This document shows positions 28,751 through 39,484 of a stretch of 58,740 bases of DNA, piece by piece. A model generated the notes under the pieces. The model did no database searches, had not been told where the DNA came from, and saw only the letters and a list, made by a program, of their open reading frames with translations. The stretch comes from an uncultured virus (IMG/VR IMGVR_UViG_3300021961_000029) (lineage: Duplodnaviria; Heunggongvirae; Uroviricota; Caudoviricetes): the IMG/VR virus record IMGVR_UViG_3300021961_000029, one strand, 5' to 3'. Both the position numbers and the translations under genes were made by a program. The stretch's first letter is position 1. The number at the start of each line of letters is the position of its first letter.

Positions 28751-29608
28751 ATGTCAACAGTAGAATCAGTACTGGCACAGTACGAAAAGAACAAACAAGC
28801 CGCAGGCGGCAGTGCAAACAAGGTATCCCAAGAGGATAGAATGAAAAAGTATTTTACCACCGTTTTACCTAAGGGTGAGAGAAGTGGTGAAAGAAGAATT
28901 AGAATCCTTCCATCTGACGATGGTGGTTCACCATTTAAAGAAGCTTACTTCCATGAAGTACAAATAGATGGTAATTGGGTAAAACTTTACGACCCGAGCA
29001 AAGACGGAAAACGTTCACCTTTAAATGAGGTTTATGAAGGTTTGATTATGACGGGTGATGAACAAGACAAGGTTTTGGCTCGTCAGTATCGTTCACGTAA
29101 ATTTTACATTGTTAAAGTAATCGACCGAGAAAGAGAACAAGATGGAGTTAAATTTTGGAGATTTAAACACAACACCAAAAATGAAGGTGTGTTGGATAAA
29201 ATCTACCCTCTTTTCAAAAACAAAGGTGATATCACCGACCCACAAAAAGGTAGAGATTTAATCATCAACCTTAACCTTACCAAAGCTGGTAATGGTAGAG
29301 AATATACTACAATCACATCTATCATCCCTGAAGACCAATCTCCATTACACACAGATTCAGATGTTGCGTCAACTTGGTTAAAAGATGAATTGACTTGGTC
29401 TGATGTATATTCTAAAAAACCTGAAGAATATTTGGAAATGGTTGCAAGAGGTGAAGTTCCAAGATGGGATACTACAACTGGTAAATACGTATCAAATTCT
29501 ACAGAAGAGTTTGAGATTGCGAAACCATCAACACCCGTTAAGAAATCACCAGCTCCTGAGTTTGACCCACAAGAAGACGCTGAAGGAGACGACGATTTAC
29601 CATTTTAA
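28751..29608 (+). CDS. Single-stranded DNA-binding protein (T4 gp32-like)
   Basis: RIRILP, YFH, YIVKVIDR, DITDPQKGRDL, acidic tail ending DDDLPF. Confidence 0.85.
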   Translation: MSTVESVLAQYEKNKQAAGGSANKVSQEDRMKKYFTTVLPKGERSGERRIRILPSDDGGSPFKEAYFHEVQIDGNWVKLYDPSKDGKRSPLNEVYEGLIMTGDEQDKVLARQYRSRKFYIVKVIDREREQDGVKFWRFKHNTKNEGVLDKIYPLFKNKGDITDPQKGRDLIINLNLTKAGNGREYTTITSIIPEDQSPLHTDSDVASTWLKDELTWSDVYSKKPEEYLEMVARGEVPRWDTTTGKYVSNSTEEFEIAKPSTPVKKSPAPEFDPQEDAEGDDDLPF

Positions 29609-29615
29609 TCAATAC

Positions 29616-29659
29616 GAGCATGGACACGTGAATTAACATGATGTCCATGCTCTTTTTTT
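29616..29659 (+). terminator. Long hairpin terminator after ssb
   Basis: GAGCATGGACA...TGTCCATGCTC 11-bp stem followed by T7. Confidence 0.8.
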
Positions 29660-29681
29660 CAAAAAAATTATAAAATATACA

Positions 29682-30680
29682 ATGGCAATCAAGAAAAAAG
29701 AATTTGATTATATATCCAAATTCTCATCTAAAACAAAATACAAGGACGAAAACTTCTATTATTGTGGTGAGGCATTTAACAATGCGTGTGGATTACCCGG
29801 ACCTGTAATGGGTGGGATTAATATGTTTTTAGGACATACTAACTCTTCAAAAACTACCGCAATGATTTTAGCGGCGGTTGATGCACAAAAGAAAGGGCAT
29901 CTACCTGTACTACTTATTACGGAGAGAAAATGGAAATGGGAACACGCAATTGAATTAGGATTTCAAGCTGAAAAAGATTCAAATGGTGAATGGACGGGAG
30001 ATTTTATCTTCAATGATTCCTTTGACTATATTGAACAAGCAACCGATTTCATAAACGATATTATCAACGCACATGAGAAAGGTGAAATCCCAAGACACAT
30101 TTTGTTCTGTTGGGACTCTATCGGTTCAATACCATGTAAGATGACCTTTGATGGTAAAGGTGGTAAACAACACAACGCAAGTGTTTTATCTGACAAAATT
30201 GGTATGGGTATTCACTCAAGAATTACCAAATCCAAAAAAGAAGACTACCCATCTAAAGATTCATCATATTACCTAACAATGGTTGTTGTAAACCAACCAT
30301 GGGTAGAATTACCCGATAATCCTATGGGTCAACCTGAAATCAAACCAAAAGGTGGTGAAGCGTTAAAATTGGCGTCGTCATTAATCTTTTTGTTCGGTAA
30401 CCAAAAGAAATCAGGTATCAACCACATTGATGCAACTAAAGATGGTAGAAAAGTTGTTTACGCTGTAAGAACTAAAATCTCTATCCTCAAGAATCACGTC
30501 AATGGTTTAGGATACAAAGACGGTAAAGTTATCGTTGTTCACAATGGATATATCGCTGACACCAAAGAGGCGTTGGAAGGATACAAAAAAGAATACTCAA
30601 GTTTTTGGAGAGATAAATTAGGGTCTACGGATTTTGATTTAGCCGAATCAACAACTTTTGATTACGAAGAAGAAGATTAA
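29682..30680 (+). CDS. RecA/UvsX-like recombinase
   Basis: Walker A-like GHTNSSKTT, Walker B FCWDSIG, VNQ, GGEALKLASS, KNHV. Confidence 0.85.
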   Translation: MAIKKKEFDYISKFSSKTKYKDENFYYCGEAFNNACGLPGPVMGGINMFLGHTNSSKTTAMILAAVDAQKKGHLPVLLITERKWKWEHAIELGFQAEKDSNGEWTGDFIFNDSFDYIEQATDFINDIINAHEKGEIPRHILFCWDSIGSIPCKMTFDGKGGKQHNASVLSDKIGMGIHSRITKSKKEDYPSKDSSYYLTMVVVNQPWVELPDNPMGQPEIKPKGGEALKLASSLIFLFGNQKKSGINHIDATKDGRKVVYAVRTKISILKNHVNGLGYKDGKVIVVHNGYIADTKEALEGYKKEYSSFWRDKLGSTDFDLAESTTFDYEEED

Positions 30681-30711
30681 TATTTGTTTAACCCTATAAG
30701 AGTGATGATTA

Positions 30712-31734
30712 ATGCCTAATGTATTATTAGTAGATGGAGACAATTTACTTACTATTGGTTTTTTTGGATTAAAAAATCACTTTTATAAGGGAGAACATAT
30801 TGGTGGAATTTACCATTTTATCAATACTTTAAGAAGGACAATTGAGATACATCGTTTAGATAAAATTGTCGTTTTTTGGGACGGTCAAGATGGTTCTTTA
30901 ACAAGAAAAAGATTCTATCATCAATACAAAGAGAATCGTAAATCTAGAATACGCAGTGAAGAAGAGATTCATTCGTATGGAAAACAGAGAAACAGAGTCA
31001 AACAATATCTCGAAGAACTTTTTGTTAGACAAGGAGAATACGAATTTTGTGAGACTGACGACGCAATTGCATACTACAGTCAAAATTCACCAAAAGAAGA
31101 TAAAATTATCTTTTCTTCGGATGGTGATTTAACACAATTAGTATCAGAAAACACTCGATTATACAATCCCTCACACAGTAAAATATATCAACCTAATGAT
31201 ATGTTCGTATATGACCATGAACAGATTTTAATACAAAACATTAAAATTGTCAAAATGATTTGTGGTGACCCGTCTGATAATATTGCGGGTATTAAAAACT
31301 TAGGTGTTAGACGATTAGTCTCAATGGTACCTGAAGTTAAAACCGAGGAAATTTCTATAGAATTTGTATTGGAAAGATTCAACAATCTTTTTGAACAAGA
31401 CAATGACAATAACATTGTTAAAAATTTATTGACAGGTGTAACAAAATATGGAATACTTGGTGAAGAATTCTTTGATGTGAATAGTCGAATAGTAAGTCTT
31501 GAAAATCCCTTTTTAACAGATGATGCAAAAGAATCTATTAATTCACTTATAAACGATTTGATTGACCCTGAGGGTCGTTCATATAAAAACACGATGAAGA
31601 TGATGATGGAAGATGGTATATTCTTACTTCTACCAAAATCAGATGACGCGTGGATAAACTTCCTAAATCCTTTTTTAAGATTAACAAGAAAAGAAAAAAA
31701 TAAAAAATTAATTAAAATTAGAGACAATGAGTAA
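30712..31734 (+). CDS. 5'-3' exonuclease / flap endonuclease (T4 RNase H-like)
   Basis: LLVDG, FWDG, YKENR, ETDDAIA, SSDGDLTQL, GDPSDNIAGIKNLG. Confidence 0.92.
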   Translation: MPNVLLVDGDNLLTIGFFGLKNHFYKGEHIGGIYHFINTLRRTIEIHRLDKIVVFWDGQDGSLTRKRFYHQYKENRKSRIRSEEEIHSYGKQRNRVKQYLEELFVRQGEYEFCETDDAIAYYSQNSPKEDKIIFSSDGDLTQLVSENTRLYNPSHSKIYQPNDMFVYDHEQILIQNIKIVKMICGDPSDNIAGIKNLGVRRLVSMVPEVKTEEISIEFVLERFNNLFEQDNDNNIVKNLLTGVTKYGILGEEFFDVNSRIVSLENPFLTDDAKESINSLINDLIDPEGRSYKNTMKMMMEDGIFLLLPKSDDAWINFLNPFLRLTRKEKNKKLIKIRDNE

Positions 31735-32170
31735 TCAAGATGTAACAAAGTTCGAGTTCCTTTTGACCTTAGAAGGAAACATTATCTGCCAACGATTCTT
31801 TAACGTTAGAGAGCATAACTCCAAATCTAGACGTTCAATGGATTTACACTACTACGTTAAAAATATTTGTAGCGATATTAGTGATGATTTAAAAACAAAA
31901 ACATTGGATTATCTACACGAAAATCGTGATTATTTTTACGGTTTAGAGGTTGCAGAAACTGATGAACAAAATGAAAAAGAGTATTTCTTACTCGAGATTA
32001 AGATGGGTGACGATGTATTTATTCAAAGGATGTTTTCCGCTAATGTCTACCACCCTAAGGTAAGATATACGGTAGATATTCGCCCATATTTGAAGAGGTA
32101 TTTGTCAGACTTAACTGACATCTTATCATCTAAAGATTTGGAAACAACGTATTTAAATTACAAATTATAA
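31727..32170 (+). CDS. Hypothetical protein
   Basis: 147-aa ORF overlapping the exonuclease stop, within the replication block. Confidence 0.75.
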   Translation: MSNQDVTKFEFLLTLEGNIICQRFFNVREHNSKSRRSMDLHYYVKNICSDISDDLKTKTLDYLHENRDYFYGLEVAETDEQNEKEYFLLEIKMGDDVFIQRMFSANVYHPKVRYTVDIRPYLKRYLSDLTDILSSKDLETTYLNYKL

Positions 32171-32184
32171 AAACTAAAAAAACT

Positions 32185-33561
32185 ATGTCAGAAAAAAATT
32201 TTGGATTTCTCGGAGCATCATTCCAACAAACATTAATTAAATCAATAGTAGAGGATAAAAAGTACGGTGAACAGATTATTGATGTAATCGAGAGCAAATA
32301 TTTTGATAATAGTTCTTTTAGATTCATTACTGCTCACATTAAAGAATACTATCAGAAATATGGTAAGATACCTGATTATCAAAGTCTATGTCAAACCATA
32401 ATTCTTGAATTAGGTTCTCAAGAGACCGCAAGAATACACTTGGACACTATCCACGATATTAAAGAAAATACCGTGGATGACCCAATGGTTAGAGAAGAAG
32501 CTTTAAATTTTTGTAAACAACAAAATTTGAAGAAGGAACTCAAAATGGTTACTACCATTATTGAAAATGGTAAATTCCAAGAGTACCATAAAATTGAGGG
32601 TATTATACAAAAGGCCCTACAGGTTGGGTTACCACCTGAAGAGTGTATGGATGTTTTCCACAATATCGATGAGGCTTTAGAGAAGGATAATAGACAACCG
32701 ATTCCAACGGGAATTGAAGGTCTTGATTCAGCTTTGAAGGGTGGTTTAGGGACTGGAGAACTTGGTGTTGTTTTGGCTCCAACAGGAACGGGTAAAACTA
32801 CAATATTATCTTTATTTGCGAATACCGCTTACTTACACGATTACAACGTCCTTCAAATATTCTTTGAGGACAATCCGGATAACATTAAAAAGAAACACTA
32901 TACAATTTGGTCAGGAATTGCCCCCGATGAACAACCTGAAAATAAAGATTTCGTAAAAGAAAAAATCAACGAAGTTCAAACACAAAGTAAAGGAACTTTG
33001 GACATTTTGAAATTACCAAGTGATTCTGTTACAATCTCTGAAATCAAATCGAGATTAAGAAAAAGAAATTCAGAGGGTAAAAAAATTGACCTACTTGTTA
33101 TCGACTACGTTGACTGTATCAGTCCTGACAAATCACAATTCGGTGAAGAATGGAAAGGTGAAGGTTCAGTAATGAGAAGTTTAGAAGCGATGACAAGTGA
33201 ATTTGGAATCGTTATTTGGACGGCAACACAAGGTAACAGAGAATCAATTTCATCCGAAGTTGTTAATAGCGACCAAATGGGTGGTTCAATTAAGAAAGCT
33301 CAAATTGCACACGTTATTCTATCAATAGGTAAAACTATTGAACAAAAAGAACACAATTTAGCAACCATGACATTACTTAAATCAAGAATTGGTAGAGATG
33401 GTATCATATGGCAAAATTGTAAATTTGACAACCGACTTTTGGTTATTGATACCGAGTCACAAACTACACTACTTGGTCACAAGGAAGAAAAACAAAAAAA
33501 CAATTCCGAAAGAATTAAGGATGCGTTTATGAAAAGACAAGAAACATTAAATAGAAATTAA
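32185..33561 (+). CDS. DnaB-like replicative helicase (T4 gp41-like)
   Basis: [35 protein letters not shown]. Confidence 0.93.
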   Translation: MSEKNFGFLGASFQQTLIKSIVEDKKYGEQIIDVIESKYFDNSSFRFITAHIKEYYQKYGKIPDYQSLCQTIILELGSQETARIHLDTIHDIKENTVDDPMVREEALNFCKQQNLKKELKMVTTIIENGKFQEYHKIEGIIQKALQVGLPPEECMDVFHNIDEALEKDNRQPIPTGIEGLDSALKGGLGTGELGVVLAPTGTGKTTILSLFANTAYLHDYNVLQIFFEDNPDNIKKKHYTIWSGIAPDEQPENKDFVKEKINEVQTQSKGTLDILKLPSDSVTISEIKSRLRKRNSEGKKIDLLVIDYVDCISPDKSQFGEEWKGEGSVMRSLEAMTSEFGIVIWTATQGNRESISSEVVNSDQMGGSIKKAQIAHVILSIGKTIEQKEHNLATMTLLKSRIGRDGIIWQNCKFDNRLLVIDTESQTTLLGHKEEKQKNNSERIKDAFMKRQETLNRN

Positions 33562-33572
33562 TAATAAACACC

Positions 33573-34550
33573 ATGACAGAAAAGATTTTAAAAGAAAATC
33601 CCGGACGATTTGTCCTTTTTCCAATCGAACACCACGACATTTGGAGACTTTACAAACAACAAGAGGCGTGTTTTTGGACCGCCGAAGAAATTGATTTGGC
33701 ACAAGACATCTATGATTGGGAAAACAAATTGAACGAGGATGAACAACATTTCGTTAAACACGTTTTAGCGTTTTTCGCAGCTTCAGACGGTATTGTGAAT
33801 GAAAACTTGGCAATGAACTTTGTCAATGAAGTTCAGTACACTGAGGTGAAAATGTTTTACGGTTTTCAAATCATGATGGAAAATATTCATAGTGAAACCT
33901 ATTCACTTTTGATTGATACCTACATCAAAGACAAACAAGAACAAAACAAATTGTTTAATGCAATTGAAACCGTACCTGCAATTAAGAAAAAAGCGGAATG
34001 GGCAATCAAATGGATTAATTCAAAATCTTTTGTGGAAAGGTTGTTGGCGTTTGCTGCTGTTGAGGGTATTTTCTTTTCTGGCTCATTCTGTTCCATTTTC
34101 TGGCTCAAAAAACGTGGTTTAATGCCAGGATTAACCTTCTCAAATGAGCTCATTTCAAGAGACGAAGGAATGCACTGTGACTTTGCTTGTCACTTATTCA
34201 ATAATCACATTGAAAATAAAATAAGTGAGAAAAAGATTAAAGAGATAATCTGTGGGGCTTTAGAGATTGAAAAGGAATTTATTTTAGAGGCCCTACCTGT
34301 AAAATTAATTGGTATGAATTCTGATTTGATGTCACAATATTTGGAATTCGTAACAGATAGATTGTTAGTGTCTTTAAATTGTTCTAAGGTCTATAATTCA
34401 GAAAATCCGTTTGACTTTATGCAAAACATTGCATTACAGGGTAAAACCAATTTCTTTGAAAAAAGAGTGGCAGAATACCAAAAAGCGGGTGTTAATAATA
34501 ACGTATCCATCGAAGATATGGATACATCATTTGACGATATAGATTTTTAA
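33573..34550 (+). CDS. nrdB: Class Ia ribonucleotide reductase beta subunit
   Basis: [56 protein letters not shown]. Confidence 0.97.
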   Translation: MTEKILKENPGRFVLFPIEHHDIWRLYKQQEACFWTAEEIDLAQDIYDWENKLNEDEQHFVKHVLAFFAASDGIVNENLAMNFVNEVQYTEVKMFYGFQIMMENIHSETYSLLIDTYIKDKQEQNKLFNAIETVPAIKKKAEWAIKWINSKSFVERLLAFAAVEGIFFSGSFCSIFWLKKRGLMPGLTFSNELISRDEGMHCDFACHLFNNHIENKISEKKIKEIICGALEIEKEFILEALPVKLIGMNSDLMSQYLEFVTDRLLVSLNCSKVYNSENPFDFMQNIALQGKTNFFEKRVAEYQKAGVNNNVSIEDMDTSFDDIDF

Positions 34551-34556
34551 AATATT

Positions 34557-36989
34557 ATGAAAGTAAAAAAGAGAGACGGCTCATTGGAAGAAATGAGATA
34601 TGACAAAATTACACGAAGAATACAATTTTTTTGTGATGATTTAAATTTAGAATACGTTGACCCTACATTGGTTACCCTTAAAGTTACGCAGGGAATCTAT
34701 GATGGTATATCAACAACAGAATTAGACACATTAGCGGCGGAGACCGCGGCTTCAATGGTTACAACACATTCTGATTATGCTAAATTGGCGGGTAGACTAG
34801 CGGTTTCTAACCTACATAAAACAACACCAAAAAAGTTTTCACAGTGTATTAAAGAATTATATTCTTTTAATGAACCTAAAACAGGTAAAGAATCTTCATT
34901 GATATCTGACGAGGTTTATCAATTCGTAATTCAAAATAGAGAATCATTGGATGGTGCTGTTGCACAAGAAAGAGATTTTGATTTTGATTACTTTGGTTTT
35001 AAAACACTTGAACGTTCTTACTTATTAAGAATCGGTAAACGAATTGTTGAGAGACCCCAATACATGTACATGAGAGTTGCGGTTGGTATTTGTAATGGTG
35101 ATTTAGAGACTGCTTTAAGAATCTACGACGACCTATCACAACATTTTTACACTCATGCCACACCAACATTATTTAATGCGGGAACTCGTCGTCCACAAAT
35201 GTCATCTTGTTTCTTAATTGGTAACAAGGGAGATGATATTGATGGTCTATTTGACACCATTAAAGACGTTGCAAAGATTTCTAAATGGGCTGGTGGTATT
35301 GGACTACATGTTCACGACGTTAGAGGTAAAGGGTCGTACATTAAAGGGACAGGCGGTGAATCGGATGGATTACTACCAATGATGAAAACATACAACGAAG
35401 TTGCTCGTTGGATTAATCAAGGTGGTAAAAGAAAAGGTTCTTTTGCTATCTATCTTGAACCATGGCATTCAGATGTGTTTGAGTTTATTGATTTAAGAAA
35501 AAACCACGGTAAAGAAGAAATGAGAGCTCGTGATTTATTCTTGGCAATGTGGACCCCAAATCTTTTCATGAAGAGAGTTGAGGAAGATGGTGATTGGTCA
35601 TTATTTTCACCTGATGAAGCACCGGGTTTATCTGATGCATATGATGACCCATTTTCATTTACGCAAGAATTCACCGAACTTTATGAAAGATATGAAAAAG
35701 AAGGTAGAGCCAGAAAAGTTGTGAAGGCGAGAAAATTGATGGATGCAATTTTGACCGCACAAATCGAGACCGGCACACCTTACATGTTATATAAAGACGC
35801 TGCAAATTATAAATCAAATCAAAAAAACTTGGGCACGATTAAATCCTCAAATTTGTGTACTGAGATTATCGAGTATTCAAGTCCTGAAGAACAGGCGGTT
35901 TGTAATTTAGCATCAATTGCATTACCAAAATACATTATTAATAAAGAATTCAACCACGAATTACTTTATGAATATGTGTACCAAGTGGTAAAAAACCTAA
36001 ACAACGTTATTGATTTGAATTTTTATCCTACAGAGGAAACAAAACTTTCAAATATGAAACACAGACCAGTTGGTTTAGGTGTACAAGGATTGGCAGATGT
36101 TTTTTGTGTGTTAAGATTACCTTTTGAAAGTGAAAATGCCGACAAACTACAAGTTGAAATTTTTGAAACAATTTATTTTGCGGCATTAACATCGTCTAAA
36201 GATTTGGCAATTGAACACGGTCATTATTCAACATTTGAAGGTTCTCCATTATCTAAAGGTATACTTCAATATGAATTGTGGGGTAAAACCGATAAAGACA
36301 CAAGCGGAAGATGGGATTGGAAGACTTTAAGAAAAGAAATCGTAAAACACGGTGTAAGAAATTCTTTGTTAGTTGCTCCGATGCCAACAGCGTCTACTGC
36401 ACAAATCCTTGGTAATAACGAAGCGTTTGAACCGTTTACATCTAATTTATATTCAAGAAGAACTTTAGGTGGTGAATTTATTGTTATCAATAAACACCTC
36501 GTAAATGAATTACTTGAAAGAGGTTTATGGTCAGATGATTTGAAGAAAAAACTAATCATGGAAAATGGTTCCGTACAGAACATTCCCGAAATACCTGTTG
36601 AAGTAAAAGAGGTATACAAGACAGTTTGGGAAATGTCTCAAAAAAGAATTTTGACCATGGCTGCGAATAGGTCGATTTATATTGACCAATCACAATCATT
36701 AAATTTATTTATTGACAACGCGAACAAAACCAAAGTTTTAGCAGCACATCTTTATGGATGGAAACTTGGTTTGAAAACTGGGATGTACTATCTCAGAACT
36801 AGAGCGGCTGTTGACCCAATCAAGGGTTTAGGTATTGATACCTCAACAGCGAAACCTACAGTTGAAGCCAACGAAGTACAAAACACTTCATACAACCAAA
36901 ATAAACAACAAGAAGAGGAAGTTGTTGAGATGGCGTTACCATCAAGACCAACAGATTCTCCTTTTGAATGTGAAGGTTGTGGCTCGTAA
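34557..36989 (+). CDS. nrdA: Class Ia ribonucleotide reductase alpha subunit with ATP cone
   Basis: VKKRDG ATP cone, ATPTLFNAG, SSCFL, SNLCTEI, VCNLAS, APMPTAST, KTGMYYLR, C-terminal CEGCGS. Confidence 0.98.
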   Translation: MKVKKRDGSLEEMRYDKITRRIQFFCDDLNLEYVDPTLVTLKVTQGIYDGISTTELDTLAAETAASMVTTHSDYAKLAGRLAVSNLHKTTPKKFSQCIKELYSFNEPKTGKESSLISDEVYQFVIQNRESLDGAVAQERDFDFDYFGFKTLERSYLLRIGKRIVERPQYMYMRVAVGICNGDLETALRIYDDLSQHFYTHATPTLFNAGTRRPQMSSCFLIGNKGDDIDGLFDTIKDVAKISKWAGGIGLHVHDVRGKGSYIKGTGGESDGLLPMMKTYNEVARWINQGGKRKGSFAIYLEPWHSDVFEFIDLRKNHGKEEMRARDLFLAMWTPNLFMKRVEEDGDWSLFSPDEAPGLSDAYDDPFSFTQEFTELYERYEKEGRARKVVKARKLMDAILTAQIETGTPYMLYKDAANYKSNQKNLGTIKSSNLCTEIIEYSSPEEQAVCNLASIALPKYIINKEFNHELLYEYVYQVVKNLNNVIDLNFYPTEETKLSNMKHRPVGLGVQGLADVFCVLRLPFESENADKLQVEIFETIYFAALTSSKDLAIEHGHYSTFEGSPLSKGILQYELWGKTDKDTSGRWDWKTLRKEIVKHGVRNSLLVAPMPTASTAQILGNNEAFEPFTSNLYSRRTLGGEFIVINKHLVNELLERGLWSDDLKKKLIMENGSVQNIPEIPVEVKEVYKTVWEMSQKRILTMAANRSIYIDQSQSLNLFIDNANKTKVLAAHLYGWKLGLKTGMYYLRTRAAVDPIKGLGIDTSTAKPTVEANEVQNTSYNQNKQQEEEVVEMALPSRPTDSPFECEGCGS

Positions 36990-36991
36990 CT

Positions 36992-37073
36992 GTAGATGGC
37001 TCCAATAATAGTTCGCGACCTACCGCAAACATCTACTTTGTTTGATTATAAAAGGAGCAAAAAAATCAAACAA
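36992..37073. ncRNA. Candidate structured RNA (nested hairpins plus pseudoknot), unclassified
   Basis: GTAGAT(G)/(C)ATCTAC, GTTCGCG/CGCAAAC and TTGTTTGATT/AATCAAACAA stems; cross-pair GCTCC (36999-37003) with GGAGC (37054-37058). Confidence 0.45.
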
Positions 37074-37080
37074 TATACAC

Positions 37081-37106
37081 AATCCCAACTTCGGTTGGGA
37101 TTTTTT
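37081..37106 (+). terminator. Intrinsic terminator of the replication/RNR block
   Basis: AATCCCAAC-TTCG-GTTGGGATT-TTTT with a C(UUCG)G tetraloop. Confidence 0.9.
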
Positions 37107-37143
37107 ATTTATAAGTATTTCTTCTTTAGTTATATTTATTAGT

Positions 37144-37596
37144 ATGGCGATAACGTATGGTATAGATTTTCCATTTAGAATTAGTCCCAAAGGTGATTTT
37201 TTGGTGATGACCGAAACACCTGAAAGAGAGATTCGTGCGAACCTAATTCATTTATTATTAACAAGAAAAGGTTCAAGATATTATTTGCCTGATTTTGGTA
37301 CTAGATTATATGAATTTATTTTTGAACCAAACGACGCGGTTACGTGGGGACAGATTGAAGATGAGATTAGAACTTCAGTAAAAACTTACATACCCAATTT
37401 GGAAATTAAATCAATTAGAGTAACTGCGGCAGACCAAGACCCTGAGGAACCAACAAGTCCTCAAGAAGATGAAGATTCAAGATTATTTAGAGTTTCGGAT
37501 TATTCTACAAAACCATATACCGCTAAAGTTAGGATTGACTATGACATAAATAACGAACCTTTTGTTTCGTCTGATTTTATAATTATTAACATATAA
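37144..37596 (+). CDS. Baseplate wedge / sheath initiator (gp25-like)
   Basis: GIDFPF, NLIHLLLTRKGSRYYLPDFGTRLYEFIFEP. Start moved to ATG 37144, after the terminator and TATTTAT. Confidence 0.9.
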   Translation: MAITYGIDFPFRISPKGDFLVMTETPEREIRANLIHLLLTRKGSRYYLPDFGTRLYEFIFEPNDAVTWGQIEDEIRTSVKTYIPNLEIKSIRVTAADQDPEEPTSPQEDEDSRLFRVSDYSTKPYTAKVRIDYDINNEPFVSSDFIIINI

Positions 37597-37597
37597 C

Positions 37598-39430
37598 ATG
37601 GCTAAAAAAATATCATATGCCGTAAGAGACTTTGCTAGTTTAAGACAGGAATTAGTCAATCTTACAAGGGAATATTATCCTGATTTAATTAAAAACACAA
37701 ATGACGCGTCAATATATTCTGTATTATTGGATTTAAACGCCGCTGTAACAGATAACTTACACTTTCATATTGATAGGGTTTGGCAAGAAACCATGTTGGA
37801 TTTTGCACAACAAAGACAATCCTTATATCATATTGCTAAGACATACGGTATGAGAATACCAGGAAACCGACCATCAGTTGCTTTGTGTGATTTTACAATA
37901 CAAGTACCTGTTAGAGGTGATAAGGAAGATGAACGTTATTTAGGTACAATTAAATCGGGGGCACAAGTTTCTGGTGGAGGACAAGTTTTTGAAACCATAG
38001 AGGACATTGACTTCTCAAACCCATTCAACAAAAGAGGGGAACCTAACAGATTAAAAATTCCTAATTTTGATGGTAATAATAGATTAATTTCATATTCGAT
38101 TGTAAAGAGAGAAGCGGTTGTTAATGGGGTTACGAGAATCTTTAGAAAAGTTATTACAGAAGTAGACCAAAAACCCTTTTTAAAAATTTATTTACCCGAA
38201 CAAAATATTTTAGGTGTTAGTGGTGTCATCCATAAAGAAGGTACAAACTTCGTAAATAACCCTACTAATTCTGAATTTTTAAGTTCAGAAAACAAATGGT
38301 ATGAAGTAAAAACTTTAATACAAGATAAAGTTTTTATCCCTGACCCAACATCGGCTTCAGATAGTGATAATTTTATATCAGGAACTTATGTACCTGTAAC
38401 AAATAAATTTATCACAGAATACACACCTGAAAATTATTTTTCGGTAACATTCGGTTCTGGCAATGTGAATCCTTTGGATAATTTAGATAACTACAATCAA
38501 GGTAGTTTAAGAGTAAGTCTTGGTACTTACCTTAACAACCTATCACTTGGGGCATTACCAAAATCAAACACCACTTTATTCGTAAAATATAGAATAGGTG
38601 GTGGAAAAGATAGTAACATTGGTATTGATGTTATTACGAGTGTTGATAACGTAGAATTTGTTGTAGGTGGACCAAATTCAAATACAAATACACAAGTACA
38701 GAATTCTTTAACCGTTACCAACGTAACTCCCGCAGTGGGTGGAGCTGACCAACCAAGTATTGAAGAAGTTAGAAACATGATTGCATATAACTTCTCAGCA
38801 CAAAACAGAGCGGTTACACTTAATGACTATAAGTCTTTAATTGAAACAATGCCATCTACTTATGGTGCACCAGCTAAAGTTAATGTGATGGAAGAAGACA
38901 ATAAGATTAAAATTAAATTACTGTCTTATGATGAAAATGGTAATTTAATTGATACTGTTTCCAACACACTAAAAAATAATATACTTACATATTTGGCTGA
39001 ATATAGAATGGTCAATGACTTCTTAGACGTTGAGAGTGGTGAAGTTGTTGATTTCACATTAGAAATTGATGTTGTAATCGATAAAAACGGAAACCAAACA
39101 GAAATTGTTAAAACAATTATCGAGGATACAGTGAGTTATTTTTCAATAGAAAAAAGAAAAATGGGAGACCCATTATTCGTTGGTGATTTATACAAAACAA
39201 TAGGTGAAGTAAATGGTGTTGTAAACGCTGTTGATATTAGGGTTTTCAATAATATCGGTGGTGAATATTCATCTTCTGAAGTTGCCCAAGCTTATGTTGA
39301 TGCTAACACAAAAGAAATTTCACAATCAGATATGACCATATACATGAAATCTAACCAAATATATCAAATAAGATTTCCACAGAAAGATATAAAAGTTAGA
39401 GTAAAAACCTTAGGAACGACTACATTCTAA
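37598..39430 (+). CDS. Baseplate wedge protein (T4 gp6 / baseplate J-like)
   Basis: RDFASLRQEL, YRIGGG, AVGGAD, AQNRAVTLNDY; follows the gp25-like gene. Confidence 0.9.
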   Translation: MAKKISYAVRDFASLRQELVNLTREYYPDLIKNTNDASIYSVLLDLNAAVTDNLHFHIDRVWQETMLDFAQQRQSLYHIAKTYGMRIPGNRPSVALCDFTIQVPVRGDKEDERYLGTIKSGAQVSGGGQVFETIEDIDFSNPFNKRGEPNRLKIPNFDGNNRLISYSIVKREAVVNGVTRIFRKVITEVDQKPFLKIYLPEQNILGVSGVIHKEGTNFVNNPTNSEFLSSENKWYEVKTLIQDKVFIPDPTSASDSDNFISGTYVPVTNKFITEYTPENYFSVTFGSGNVNPLDNLDNYNQGSLRVSLGTYLNNLSLGALPKSNTTLFVKYRIGGGKDSNIGIDVITSVDNVEFVVGGPNSNTNTQVQNSLTVTNVTPAVGGADQPSIEEVRNMIAYNFSAQNRAVTLNDYKSLIETMPSTYGAPAKVNVMEEDNKIKIKLLSYDENGNLIDTVSNTLKNNILTYLAEYRMVNDFLDVESGEVVDFTLEIDVVIDKNGNQTEIVKTIIEDTVSYFSIEKRKMGDPLFVGDLYKTIGEVNGVVNAVDIRVFNNIGGEYSSSEVAQAYVDANTKEISQSDMTIYMKSNQIYQIRFPQKDIKVRVKTLGTTTF

Positions 39431-39484
39431 TTTAATTTTTATTTATTTTTCTGGAAATCCATAATTTTCTATTTATATAGAAGA

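Noticed and set aside
29622..29638. Second parS-like site (GGACACGTGAATTAACA)
   Set aside because: Only the CACGTGAA core matches, and it is part of the ssb terminator hairpin.
640..36989. Eukaryotic giant virus (PolB, SNF2, eukaryote-like RNR)
   Set aside because: Contractile tail genes, gp32-like SSB, DnaB-like helicase and intrinsic terminators indicate a tailed bacteriophage.
640..36989. Inteins, group I introns or stop-codon recoding in pol, helicase or RNR
   Set aside because: Genes are continuous, of ordinary length under the standard code, with no intein or homing-endonuclease motifs seen.
36992..37073. Hammerhead, HDV-like, twister or fluoride-riboswitch assignment
   Set aside because: No CUGANGA/GAAA core, and stem order and conserved nucleotides do not fit these families as far as I can judge by eye.
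37042..37143. N-terminal extension of the gp25-like ORF in the track
   Set aside because: Begins at TTG and runs through a terminator; ATG 37144 after TATTTAT is the plausible start.
9578..39430. Bacterial eCIS/T6SS or tailocin locus
   Set aside because: Neck genes and a complete phage replication set are interleaved, indicating a phage genome.
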